Below are positions 1 to 13,600 of a stretch of DNA of 64,000 nt, piece by piece. Position numbers and translations under genes: made by a program. The DNA is taken from assembly GCF_964355755.1 (NCBI RefSeq), contig NC_092671.1, forward strand, positions 19,654,001 to 19,718,000, in the 5' to 3' direction. The DNA comes from Antedon mediterranea. Lineage: Eukaryota > Animalia > Echinodermata. A model generated the notes under the pieces. That model made no database searches and was not told the origin of the DNA. It worked only from the letters and a program-made list of their open reading frames with translations. The first letter of the stretch is position 1. Every line of letters starts with the position of its first letter.

Positions 1-879
1 ATAAGTTGGCAGAAACAATATAAATAGTCAATTGGAAGTGATTGACTACAGCACTGTCAGACCAAGAGTCATCAAGGCCAAGTAAATTATAAATTGTTTA
101 ATATAATATATTGATATATTGCTTTTTAAACATTGTTTCAGAAATGTTGGGAAAGGGAATATAGACATTTTGAAAAAAATTTGAATTTAACCGATCATAA
201 TATTAGCATGTACAGTAGATTTGAATTATGATTTGAATAAACGCCTTCCCAATAAAACATCACTTAGAATAATAATCGCATTTTGTACTATATTTATGAC
301 ACAAAATATACTATTTGTAAGAGAATTAAATGTTTCCTTCGATTAAGAATCTCCCTCAAATGAACTCCGCCTCCCCTACAAGGGCCCTACCAAACAATAA
401 ACACTATACTTTAAAATGTTATTAATCATCTACAGTAAGACACGTTTAGTTTTACGAATATCAAGCATTTCAATAATGGTAACCGACAGAAAACCTCCAA
501 GCCAGAACGTCCTTCTAAAACCTTTTTACCCAAGTCATTATCATTCCGAGAACCATCATCTACACCTCCTAGAGGGGAAGCGAGCAAAGCGAGCTCACCC
601 TCAAGTACTTAAAATCACTTATTAAATTAAATATTTGTTAGTTCTCAACTTGAATGTTTCAAAATCTTGACTGGTTGGGTCAAATTGGTATTTGGCAAAG
701 TCATATTCATTGTGCTGTTGGTAACTAAAGAGGAAGAACGTACTTTTGCTTGATTTTATTTCAAACATTCATGACATTAATGTACTAATTTGTGAATGAG
801 ATAGCTGCATGGCTTTCATTGGACAAGATTCAGATGCTTAATTCTTAATTACCACAACTTCTTGCTAATTATGATAAGT

Positions 880-1300
880 AAGATCTTGCATAAAAAGCAT
901 AACACTGTGACTTGCATCCAAGGTAGTATCTATTTCATTTGATAATTAAAATAGCCATTGTATAAATTGATTATACTAATAGTGAGAAAAGTGCTATGTC
1001 TATCGGCCTAATAAATGGTGTGTGAATAAATTATCTCCATTTTCTTGGCAGCAGGTGAGAAGACCAAACACATCGATTTCTTAGGATTGAAACAAATATC
1101 ATGGTTTATACCATAAGATTCACAGATATCAACTTGCTGTTGCAATCCAGTAAGAGCAGGTGCTAATAGGGTCATGTCATCTGCCTTAAACTGAAGTTAT
1201 TATATCGCACTCCATTTATAGTTACAACCAATGCTACAATTTGTGATATTAGTGTCACATAAAACATCAATAAAAATGTTGGCACATGATCCTTCCTTGT
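880..1300 (-). mobile_element. Decayed non-LTR retrotransposon RT fragment (related to the 7751-8616 family)
   Basis: Manual translation gives ADDMTLLAPALTGLQQQVDICESYGINHDICFNPKKSMCLVFS with frameshifts. Confidence 0.7.
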
Positions 1301-4300
1301 CTTCACTGTTGGTAACTGTGAGCTTTTGTCTCAGTTAAGCAATGTTGGGCCATCTGGGAATTTCAGGTGCTGTATAGACCTTTAGAAGGTGATGTGGTAT
1401 GGTAATAGATTGGACTAGATGAGAGGTATGGGTTCAAGTCTGTCTATGCCATATGCCTAGACATTGATCCTATGTAAACATTAAAGAACTTACTGTACAC
1501 TACACTATTTAAAAATACTATGGTATCATCTCTTGGCATGCTCATCTTGGTAAACTAGCTGCTGTGGGTTTGTAGTAGGGTTGGCTAATCTGAATCAGTT
1601 TTCATCCGTTGAACATGAGGACAAATATTTTAAATAGCATTTACAATATAGTCATAATATTGGTATTCTAATAAAGAAACTTTACCAACTTAGATTTATT
1701 TAGCTGAACAAACAATTCAAGTAATTGCTGTTGCCAAAACAAAAATCAGCGATGATCAGATACACATAAATACACATTTGCAACAAGATACAAAAAGAAT
1801 CAGTGGAGCTCTAACTGTATTATTATTTGCTGAAAATACAGGGAACTTAACAAGTGGCAACAAGTTGTCCATACTGCTTTGTACAATCCTAATTTGCCAA
1901 AGCATGTTATTGTAATGATCTTAGTATTAACTTTGTGAGTCTAATTCCTCCATGCAGAAACTAGCAAATAAATTATTTATGTAATTATATAAGAGCAGAA
2001 CAAAAATATTCACATCCAAACAAGATTTATATGCATGATCATGGTGCTGTGACTATAGAAACATTCTGGAAAGTTGGCTAAAATAACAAATCTAGAAAGG
2101 AGAAGGGATAAACCACAATGGGTGAGGGTCCTTTAGGCGAGGATAAATGTAACTCCCATATAAACTTTGAAAACATAACAATTACTATTAAAATAAACAG
2201 CAGTCATACCTAGAAAGTATGTAAATGGGCTAAGACCAAATTACAATACATCCTAATAACTATGCACATGAAAAAAGACATGGATCAGATTGCTATGCCA
2301 TGCTTTGAAAACCAAGATTCGCACGACAGATGTAATAATTAACAAAGATACATGAATGCACATACCAGCTAAAGTATGACCAATTAAAATTTACAAAGAA
2401 CACATCATCAAAAGTAGTCCACAACACAGGTAGTTATAAATCTTCAATGAACAAATTAAGTCATTAACGTAATTAACATCCAATCACACAACTTGTAGAA
2501 AATCAAAACTATAACTAGGAATGCAAGAATAATTTTTCTAATTTCCCAGAGGTTTCTTAAATGCTTGACAAGATTTAATTTCCAAATGCAACAGTTCACC
2601 TGTACATTAACATATGATTTGGTCATGGACGATCAGGAAATTGTGGATGGTGTGCCACTTGCTTTATAGCTAGCGAGAATGCAACAAGACGTGGAGGTAG
2701 AAACATGAAGTTTGTTCGCTGTGGGTATACCACAGGGCTGACTGTACTTTCAACTAATTTGAATGTGCTGCTATCGACATATTTGTACAACATAAAATAT
2801 CAGAATTTGTTTACTGGTCTTAAGAAGCAGCGAATACATTGCATATTATCTCAGAAATTTGCAAATATTTTCAATTACGAATGATGACAGTTAATTGAGG
2901 GTTTTACTTTTTCATGAATGTTTGAAGTTTGAAAATTCTCTGAATATCAAACAAGTTATTTAATATTAAGTACTAAATGTACTACCTTATTGTCTGTGAC
3001 CTATAACTAAATTTTGCTATTGCATGCAACAGTAAATTAATTCTTTTATTAGGGTGATGTTAACCTGATGAACCAGCAACAGGTTACAGAGGCTTACTTA
3101 GGATATAGGAAATTATGTATTGCTTTATATCAAATTGAAATATGAAATAATAAATAAAATAAAATAAATTTGTCTTCTAAATTACTTTTCTTCTTTCAAA
3201 ATAATTAGAAGTTTAGTGAATAAATGTAACATAAAATATAATATTTACATAGCATATGCAAAGATGTTAACATAATTGGTTTAAATAGCATCACAGGATT
3301 TCCACTCTCGGATAAAAAAAATTTCCATAATTTGACTCAGAATTAAGGTTCATTGACAATAACAATCCATTTGCATTTAATTAAAGAATATAACATGTAC
3401 AGCAAAAGTAGCCAATATAATATGTGGTGAAGGATGGCTCTTATTAATTATCGCCTGAAACCTTAAATTATGGAGTACAGTTAATTTTAGATCCAGAAAC
3501 CTTTCACCAGCCCATAGTCTGTGACCATGCAGTGTGTCCCTGGGGATACTGTCTTTGCCAATTACTTCACACATTTAAGTTCTAGGTTTTAATTGATCAT
3601 TTGCTTTATAATTATATCAAAGTATATGAAATGATTAAAGAAAGATTTGAGAAAGTTCTAAAAAGAGAAGTGCTTGTACAGAATCTAGTTTCAATAGATC
3701 CTTCCTAATTTTAGTTTAACAACCAGCCAACCATCTGAACTTGGCTAATCATACCCAATTGTACATATATCAACCTTATTCAATTTTGAGAAATCTCAAT
3801 AGAGAACTTAGAAACCAATAGCATAGAATCTTGTATAATTAGTAATCATTCGTTCCACCTTAGTTATTTAATGTTTGTCGGCTAACATCAAACATAGGTT
3901 TAGCCTTTGATGTGAAATGACTAGTATCAACTTGGGATGTAACACTGCCAATCACTGTCTATCTGTATCTCTTGAGACCAAAATCATTGCCTCAACTACT
4001 TTAACAACTGGTTTGCAAACATCTAATCATTCACAATTTTCTGGTTCATTTCTACCAATTTTAGAAAATTTGAAGAAAATACTGTTCCCTCTTTATGTTC
4101 ATCATTCTATGTTTAAAATCGTATGCAGTACAACATTATTTACTGTTTAGTGTGAGGTATGGCTTGACATAAAACATTATGTCAACTGCACCTATATGGT
4201 GATACACCTGAGTAGGTGGGTTACATGATATTCAATAAATACTCTATTGAAACCACAATCATGACATTTCGGTATATGGCTGTTGAATTTTGTTATATGG

Positions 4301-6849
4301 CCATTGCATTTCGTTATAAGCGCAATCATTCTAGTTACAATTGAGCAACAACCACACACAACATGAGGTTAGGCTGTTGACTGATGGCATTCGAAAATCA
4401 ACCTATAGTGTCCACCATCTATAATTGTTTTACTCTGCGTCAAAAATTTGAGGGCTGTGTTTTTGCATGATTTAGGCCTTGGCATATTTACCAACTTGAG
4501 AGATTTGATATTTATGCATAGTAGACTCTATCCTCTCAAATAGAGTCAAGAGGAATTTAATGCTTTTCGACTTTTTATCAGTGTTGTCTTTCAACTTGCA
4601 TCACTATTGCGTTAATTTTCATGTGATGACATGACTGCCCTGACAATGTGATTACATATTTCTGCAATTGATATGTGTGGCGATATGAGAACTTGTGTAA
4701 CTGTTTTATACTTTTAATAAACTAATTAATTTAAATACATTTCCCCTCAAACAGTGAAACAAATGTTCACACACTTGGTCTAGCCTCTCATTAATAGTGG
4801 GTGTATCATTATTTTTTATTGTGCAATGGAACAAATAATTTCATTTAAAGATGAAACACTATTTGCATTATCGTTATTGTATAACATTTTACTTTCACTT
4901 TGGGTGGTAAGTCAGTTTAAAGAAGAATGTTGCTTTGTCATTTAAAAAAAAAAGAAGATGTAATTGAGTTCAAGCATGCAAACAATTGCATGTGAAATGT
5001 TAACGAATGATACATGATTGATGGTATAGATAATTAGGTAATCACATAAATATATCAAGTTGATATTTCAGTTGGTGATTTATTGTCTTAGTAGTTCAAG
5101 TTTGTGAGTAACATCTTGATAACATAGCCTATTCTATATTGATATGTTCATGTCATCTGGTTGGTTTAATAGTCATATACTGTAGATGCAGCATGTATGA
5201 ATTCAATGTAGAGGTTGAGAGTATTTGGGTAAAACGAACAAAGTAAAACAGTTGATATGAAACATTCAATATGGATGTCAAAACAAATTTGCGCTGTATT
5301 AAACATTGGATGTAGCGCATAAAACCAAGTTAGAATGAACAATTATAATCTACATATTACATGTCTACTGCTAATTTGCTGCTGTTTAAAGTCCCACAGA
5401 CACCTCAAACCCCTGAAGGACTAATATGGTACATCTCACCAAGTAGGACGAAAATGATAGCTACTTGTGATCTGTAGACCACTACTACATCATGAGCGTT
5501 GTCTCCATCTGATCTTGGGTATTTCTATGATTTAGAAATGTAAAGATAAAGATTCTTCAGCAATTAGTATTGTTTAATTATCCAATAATGCTACTAAATT
5601 GGTCGCATAATTTTATGTATCTCCTCCAAAATCTTGATTGGTACATGCTCACATTTGACACACTAATGTTTCTTGATGGGCCATACATAGGCTATATCAC
5701 TGTTTCAACTACACAACCTCCTCTGTTGTGTACCACAATGGGCGGATCTACAAATACCATGCCGAGCTGCCAAAAAAAAACAACAGTGTTTAGGTCGGCA
5801 GCCGGCCAACCACATCGACTGATCGACTCAGTGAGTAAAACGCTGTGGCCATTGATAAAATAAAAACTAGACTAAAATTTAATTACAAAAGTAGCAAATA
5901 AGATTACAAACTCCCCAAAAAAATTGAAAAATATCAAAAACCATTGAAATTTAAAAAAAATTTGTGTTAATATACAGTAAATAACGCCACCAACAAAGGC
6001 AATAGTTTGCTATTAAAAAAATCTCATTTATATTTAAAAATCCAGATCACGAAAATCGATCGCTTGACTGCGTTTAAAACTTGAAAATAAAACATCAATT
6101 CAGCATCAGTGATTAAATGTATATTAAGCAACACATCATTATATCATGCACAGCCAGACATGGCCCAAAAAAAGATTCTAGGCCAACATACTGTAATCTC
6201 AGTTGCTACGAAACAAATAATGTAATTACATAATCATTAAGGTTAATGATCAAACGGTTACAATAGGAACATAATTTGTCATTCTGTAGTATAAATTTTA
6301 ATAAACTCAATACTAGTGTTTCATATTAATGCTAAAACATGCACAAGAATTACTGTAAAACCATAACAGTTGGTTATAGAGTAATTCAGAATGTTTCTTA
6401 ATAGTATTACTGATGAATGTTTCTAGCCATGCCAAATATGTATCCAAAGTTTGCAAAAAGTGGAGAAAAGGTCATACAACTAAACAAACTAAAACCATTA
6501 TTTCACTATTATTGTGTTAAATTTAAATATTGTCATTCACCCAATTTTAGTGAGAATTCTATATTGATCAATCGTACAACGTTATACAATTTTGCAATTA
6601 TTTTTAAATTGCAGGAAATGATGATATTCAATCTCTTCCCTTATTAAAAATATGAGGGCTCACTTCATCATGTTAAAGTCTTCAAACTTGTAAACAAGGT
6701 TTGGAACCAGATAAGATGCACTTGATTGTACATATTCATAGTCTAGATGCAAATCTAAAAAAATGGAGCTAATTGCCCAAAATTTGGAACAACACATCAA
6801 CTGTGGGGCACTATGAAAAGAAATAAAGAAAATCAAATTCAAATATGAT

Positions 6850-7075
6850 CCAGTGGTTAAAGCACTGCAGTGTTAAATCCTTCAGAAGACTCTTCTGACT
6901 TGTTCCTCTTCACTCAGGTAAAAAATTACTGTACTAGGATGGTAAATCAGACTCACTTGTAATGTAAGAGAGTACCACCTTCTAACATGCACAATACAAT
7001 GGCGTCTGGTGCAAACACGAAATACAGATGGACCGTTTGAAAATAAGCTTCGGTTTCAACTTTACCTTTTACCTA
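6850..7075 (+). mobile_element. Degenerate copy of the tRNA-derived SINE at 9179
   Basis: Shares cagtggtta, cactgcagtgtt, ggtaaatcagactc and the tttacc tail with 9179-9497. Confidence 0.65.
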
Positions 7076-7750
7076 CATCAACTATAACTGTATCTGAAAC
7101 TTGTGTTGCCCAAGAAGAGAATGCTTTCTAAACAAACTTGTTTGAAAACTCCCAACTTTGAAAAAGTTTAAAGAAGCATGTATACTATACTATATACATC
7201 CATTATACTAGGGCGATAATGAAAAGAAACAAGTTTTCTTAGAATTTTGCTGTTTTTGATGAAAATAATAGTCCAATCAGATGATGTCATGATTAATAAA
7301 AGCAATAATATTGCGAGGATACAACCATTTTATTGTTCTTATTGACAATGTCATTTGATTGGATTTTAAAATTATTTCTTATCATTAAGTTATTTTCATT
7401 GAAGACAGCTTACAGAAAATGGTTATCCCATAGTTCCAGGTAAAGTTTGGTTAAATATCTTTATATTTCCTGTAAGAAAATGTTTGCTTAGCTATTAATC
7501 GTCATTCTGTTCATCCGTCATAATGCCCGCCCGAAACTTGAAGACTGTTATAAACAATTATAGTGATTGTTCGTAGAACAGTATTAACCTTTATTTTAAT
7601 GTTATAAACATGTTTGTCAAAAAGGTGGACAGCCTAACTTCGGCAATTAGTCTACACTAGCAAATTTTAACAAACTTGTCTACCTGTACATTTGATGTTG
7701 TGCCGCTGCACAATAATTAAAAGATGAAGGTGTTAGCAAAATGACCGGGT

Positions 7751-8616
7751 ACATTTATATGGATGATTTAATTGTCAATCTCAGTATGTCTCGCAATGGA
7801 TGCGAATTACACGGTATAAAACTAAACAACCTTAGTTACGCGGATGATATGATACTTATTGCACCATCTGCCTCCGCATTACAACATCTAATTCATATGG
7901 GTGAAAAATACTCATTAACGCATGATATATTGTGAAAAATCTGTATGTATGTTATTCTGTCCTACAGTCAGGAAATTGTCAAAGCTTCCCACTTTAAACT
8001 TATTTGAGTCGGAACTTGACTTTGTTAGAGTTTTTAATTACTTGGGTCACACTTTGACACCCGATTTGAAAGATGATACGGATATCAAACGTCAGTACAG
8101 GTCATTGTGCATTAGAGCTAATACACTACGTAGAACTTTCTCAAAATGCTCTAACAACATAAAGTGTTTTTTGTTTAAAACTTATTGTAGTAACTTATAC
8201 TGTGCTTCTCTGTGGGCAAATTTTAATGTAAAATCTATGGAAGCACTAAAGGTGTGCTTCAACAATGCCTTGCGCCTGCTCCTTAATAAACCTAGGTCAT
8301 GCAGTGCCAGCACCATGTTTGTAGAAAACCACATCTGCTCGTTCTACGAACTACAACGTAAGGTGGTGTTTGGCATGTTGTGCAGATTAGGGAGGTCAGA
8401 CAATATTGTCATAAAATGTATTCATGAATTTTCTTTTCCTTCATCCAATCTACATAGTAGATGGATGAATCTATTGTTCTAACCACATGTGACTATGTAG
8501 CGTAGGTTTTTTTTATATATATGTATTTGTTATATTTGCAATAATGTACACTAATTTGTTACTGAACTATGGAGAATTTTTTTTTCCCGAAATAAAAGAT
8601 GAATGAATGAATGAAT
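7751..8616 (+). mobile_element. 5'-truncated LINE (RT C-terminal half; clade unresolved, RTE-X/L2-like)
   Basis: IYMDDL...YADDMILIAPS, a frameshift, then YLGH...; ends with AATAAA and a (TGAA)n tail. Confidence 0.85.
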
Positions 8617-9178
8617 TGCTACATGTAGTGTTTGTTGAAGGAATTTCCAACCCTCTTGAAACCATTGTAAGGCGTTCCATGCAATACAATGTCAAAATGT
8701 TGGCTACAACATACATATCTGCGGCATTTTCATTTCCTGATATTCCGCTACGAAAGGTCCCGTTAAAGCTATACTCGTGTACAACGCCACATACCGTGGT
8801 TCCAGGGGACATTGCGTCTATTTTTACAAATGTAGTAGTGATATGCCCAAATATTATTATTATATATTAGACCTAGGCCATAATAATATGAAGCAAAAAA
8901 AAAGTTTTCGTAGATTTTAAAGCAAAATAAAATTTACAGGTTTGAGTTTGTAGCCCAATTTCATAGTTTTAATGATTGACAGTTCACCAAAAAAATGAGC
9001 AAATTGTAAAAACAAACGTAATTTACTTGATGCTAGGCCTAATTGATTGCGAGTGGCAGTAAATTGTCGCTTTGTATTACCCTCTATTTTGCTACTGTAT
9101 TTAAACTTAACACGAATCAATTCGAAATTTGAAACCCGCATCAAACAACAGGCTTATAAGTATCACTAAATCATATAT

Positions 9179-9497
9179 GATTGGAGCACTGTGGCGCAGT
9201 GGTTAGAGCATTGGACTTGCAATCAAGAGGTTGTCGGTTCAAGCCCCGGCTCGGTCACTGCAGTGTTGAGTCCTTGAGCAAGATTCTTTATCCACATTGT
9301 TCCTCCCCACCCAGGTGATAGAAATGGGTACCGGTATGTAAAAAGTACTGGGAAGGTAAATCAGACTCGTTTGTGCGGGAGGAGTGGCGTACCCCCCACA
9401 AACATACACACGTAGTGGAGTCTGGCCCAAACGCTAAGGAAATGGAGATGGGCACCACGGCCGTTAGCATTAGCTTAGGTTTCGACTTTACCTTTAC
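9179..9497 (+). mobile_element. Full-length tRNA-derived SINE with CORE-like body
   Basis: A box TGGCGCAGTGG, B box GGTTCAAGCCC, CORE-like gtccttgagcaag...cccaggtg..aaatgggtacc, (TTTACC)n tail; 13-bp TSD ctaaatcatatat at 9166-9178 and 9498-9510. Confidence 0.88.
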
Positions 9498-10491
9498 CTA
9501 AATCATATATTCATATTTAATATCATGATAGTGTTAATATCACTATTTATCGTTGTTACGATTTCATATAAAAGCCAAAAAATAATGTCTGAAAACTGAA
9601 AGAAAACAATTTTAAAAGTACAGTGTTTCAATGTAATTTCTTCTTATTTGCTATTAAGAATCATAGAATCGACACAGTACAGTATTATTTCGTTCTTGTT
9701 TAGAACTTGAGCTGTGTGAAGGGAAGACAAGAAAAAAACCATGTGTTTTCACGCTCGACTTTAATATTGGCCGTTTTCACAACATTGTTTACTACCGCTC
9801 GCTTGATGAGGTACTGTGGGAATAGGTACTGTGTGTAATAATACCACATGTATTTCAGTCTCGACTACATCAGAGTTTTATTTCCACACAACAGCATTTG
9901 CTGCCTGTTAAACTTTTGTTATGCACTCTACTACACTCGGCAGTTTTATCAAATCTTTACGTTATCACAAAATAGTGCAATGTTGTTTATCGGGTGTAAA
10001 TAAACGCATGTTCCCTCAAACAGTCTGACAACGGCATCTCTACAACGTTTGTCGTAATACAATAGAAACGTGTTAGAAGGCGCCTGAACTAAAGTTTGCT
10101 AGTGTAGTAAAATGTAGTCATTCACACTCTCAGTTTATAAAATTATTTAAATTTAAGGCATTAATCAAATACTATTAATTTGCACAAGTAATATTGGAAT
10201 TGGTGTAAATAGAAAAGTATTTGAATGATTCAAGGTTCAATTCCTGCTGAGAATATTTTTTTATATAAAAATTTTAGCATTGTTTGTCAGTGATCGAAGA
10301 TGTCTTGTTTTCGCAAAACAGAAACATCCTTTAAAATCCTTTACAAATTGGGCAATAACTACTTGAGTAATCCTGCTAACTAACCAACAAACACACGCGA
10401 TCGACCACCAATAATTATGCAAAAAAATAAATTAAAAAAGAAAGAATAAATGTTTAACATAAGCCTACCTTATACATTATCTCGTAGATGT

Positions 10492-10614
10492 TTATTGCAC
10501 TGGATTTGAACAATTTTTGGCATAATCACTTGGTTTAAGCGAAAATTGCTGAAGACACTTTTTAAATTTATCATAAGGAATAAGAACATCCTGACTTTCA
10601 CACACTTTCTGCTC
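10492..10614 (-). CDS. ACP6: ACP6 last coding exon
   Basis: polypyrimidine tract then cttcag|EQKVCESQDVLIPYDKFKKCLQQFSLKPSDYAKNCSNPVQ*; resembles the ACP6 C-terminus (EQ..C...P...F...Y...C). Confidence 0.8.
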   Translation of the reverse strand, partial: EQKVCESQDVLIPYDKFKKCLQQFSLKPSDYAKNCSNPVQ

Positions 10615-13600
10615 CTGAAGTAGGTAAACAAAAGAAGAAGCAGATAATCACTAAACATTATTCACTAACAACATTATGGAATTCAAGTAGGTTGGGTTTT
10701 GAGCTGTACTTGTAGTTTGTTGTTTTAAAAGATCTGTAAATACTATTCTTATTTGTCACACAATAGGACACTATTAAAAAATCAGCATCTACTGTAAATA
10801 AGTGTGTTATATGCCATTGAGGAAAATGTGTCGCCAAAGCATTTTTTTGCCTTTAGGAACCAAAAAATGCTAGCAGTAATATGGTAAATTTATGCAAAGG
10901 AAACTCCTTTGGATAAGACAAAACATTCTGAACATTGCAAACCTTGCCCATGTACAGTACACGTATAAAGTGCTGGTTGTTCTTGTTTTCATACAATTCA
11001 AGAATAAGGTCTGCTGACCATGGTGGCCAGTGATCAACGTCAATCTTTAAAGCAGCCAACAATGGCATTAGAGTTGTATCATGTCCTGAATACATATACA
11101 GCTTTGGTGATCTAAAGATGAAAAAAAATGTTAAATCTATTGTTTTAAGCACTTTGTATTTACTAGGACCTGAACAGTGAATTTACATAGTGGATTGAAA
11201 TGACTGATATTTCTTTTTTCTGTATTTCTTCTTCTTTGATTCATATTTTAATGGTGTTTAAACTAAAAATATTAATTATGTAAGTCTTGGCAATATTTTT
11301 TAAAACTTAAATTCCATACCAGGCATTTTTTAAAAACTCATAACAGCTTTTTATGTTTTTTTTTTAATTTGGAAGATGGAATTATTATAATCCCAAGGCT
11401 GTATCTATTGGGAAATATTATATGAATAAATTATCACAATGTTATAGGCAGCAGAAGTACACATTTAAAGGAACTGGTTAAATGGACACATTAGAATACA
11501 ATTACAATTAGAACACACTCTTTGCCACCCACTTAATGACTGTGCAATTTTTAATGATTTGGTTTTTAAATATTTTCTTTCAACCAACTTGAGGAGCAAA
11601 AATACAGAATAGAGTTCTGTTGTTGATATATTTGGAGTTATCAGCAATACACTGATGTTCAATGTTGCCGAGAACCTCTTTGTACTGTGATATATATCAT
11701 AATATTATTTATTTACTTATTTTTTTTATTATTTTAATCTTTATGGATATTTTTGTGGATTTAGGTTTGTGCCAGTACAGTACAGAATTAAGAAGTGCAA
11801 AATCTGTAGTGCGAAAAATTTACCACATTTACATATGTACATACCCTTTCTTTTCTATTGCATTAACAATATTTTCAAAAATGATGTTTAGAATTGGTCC
11901 AACCATCAGTGGAAAAAGATGCTGATGCTTTTCATGATTGTCCTTGTGTGCTATCATTGTAAACATTGTAATATCAACAGCATGGCGCTCAATCATATCC
12001 AGAAGTGGTTCAAAATAGGTCGGATATGACAAACCATGTGCCTGCAACATAGATTAGTTTAAATATGCAACTGTAAATAAGTCATGTGTTAATGCATGGA
12101 GAAATAAGTTATAACTTATTTCACAATGGTTAATGTAAAGTACATTTTTTATTTATATCGTAAACTTAATTTGTTCAGGTTTTCACATAAATTATATATG
12201 TTCAAATATATTATATGTCGATTGTCATGAGACTTGAGATGCCCAGTTCACTTTACCATTAACTGATATCTTTTTCAAATGTACATTATGTTTGTTGGTT
12301 TAATAAAATAATTAACAGAAATAGTACACACACATCAGTCAATTAAACTACAAATAACTGCAAACAGCGTTTCTTTTAATCCGTCAGTTCATCAAAAACT
12401 TACCAATCTAGCAATGAGGTTATCACGAATGCTAACCATATCCAGATGGTGATGGTCTTCGTGAACATCAATCAATTCCTGAAGCTGACGACGAACATGA
12501 CGTACACCCGGAATTAAATCAGTGTTTTTAAAAACACCTTTGACAAATATGCTTACTGCTTCACAACTATGCCAATTTGGATAAAGTATTTCAGATTCAC
12601 TATCACTGACATAGATTTTCACATGGTCTAGATAGATGTAAACAAAAACATGAATTAGGAAAGAAACAAATTCATATACTATTATTTACCTCCGCCAAGG
12701 AGGTATATGTAATCGGTAGCGTGTGTTTGTTTGTTTGTATGTATGTATGTTTGTTTGTTAGCAGGATTACTCAAAAAGTAATTACAAGATCTTTACCAAA
12801 ATGAATATACAGATAGATATGTGGTCAAGGACCATTCCATTAATTTAATTCCATTTAATTTTGGGACCATTTAGGATCATGGTCCCAATTCTGTACCACT
12901 TTTTAGTATACTTTTCAGACCTGCTATTGTTAAAAGATAGGACAGAATTTTTAAAAAGCCGGCGAGCAGTATTAAAGTAACAAGTAAACTGAAATTGCAT
13001 TTTCTCGAGAACTACTTGTCCAAAAAACTTCATTTTTGTACAAGAGGCTAGAGTTATAATTTGTGATTTGTAATTTTAAAACACAATTTGATTTAATGTG
13101 CACGTTTTTTGATTAGAGTAGTTTAAAAAACCTATTTCTTTTCAAATTCACTCGTTTCATTTTCGCGTTGCTGTTCTATTGTTATTTGACTGAAGCTACT
13201 GTTAATTGAAAGGCTTGTTACATAACCATTACACCAAACTCGCATCCATACACATGCTTGTAGTGAAATTAGCCTAAATCACAAACAGCATTAAGACACA
13301 CACAAATACATATTTTTTTTTTTCTCGGAGAAATCTTATGTAGGAGAATTTTACAGTATGTGGCGGAGGTATGCACTCTCGGAGTGGCTTTCTAGTTTTA
13401 ATATTGTATTTTGAAAGTGTAAGCTATAACTTGTTTCCATTTATCAATCTAGCTTGTATCAGATCAATTCGTACACGATCATAAACTATTAAACTTGCAA
13501 CCATACCTATCCAACCCAAGTTGAGTTAGCAAGGTGTAGCAAAGGCAAGCTGTGTCAGTGATTTGTGCACAACTGAGTCTGAGACTGTGACTGACCCTGG

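Noticed and set aside
1600-5700. Possible further host exons downstream of ACP6
   Set aside because: Only faint, stop-ridden LINE-like remnants (e.g. an endonuclease-like IQVIAVAKTKI near 1710) were seen, with no consistent exon chain.
9183-9255. tRNA gene
   Set aside because: A and B boxes are present, but the cloverleaf is imperfect and continues into a SINE body with tail and TSD.
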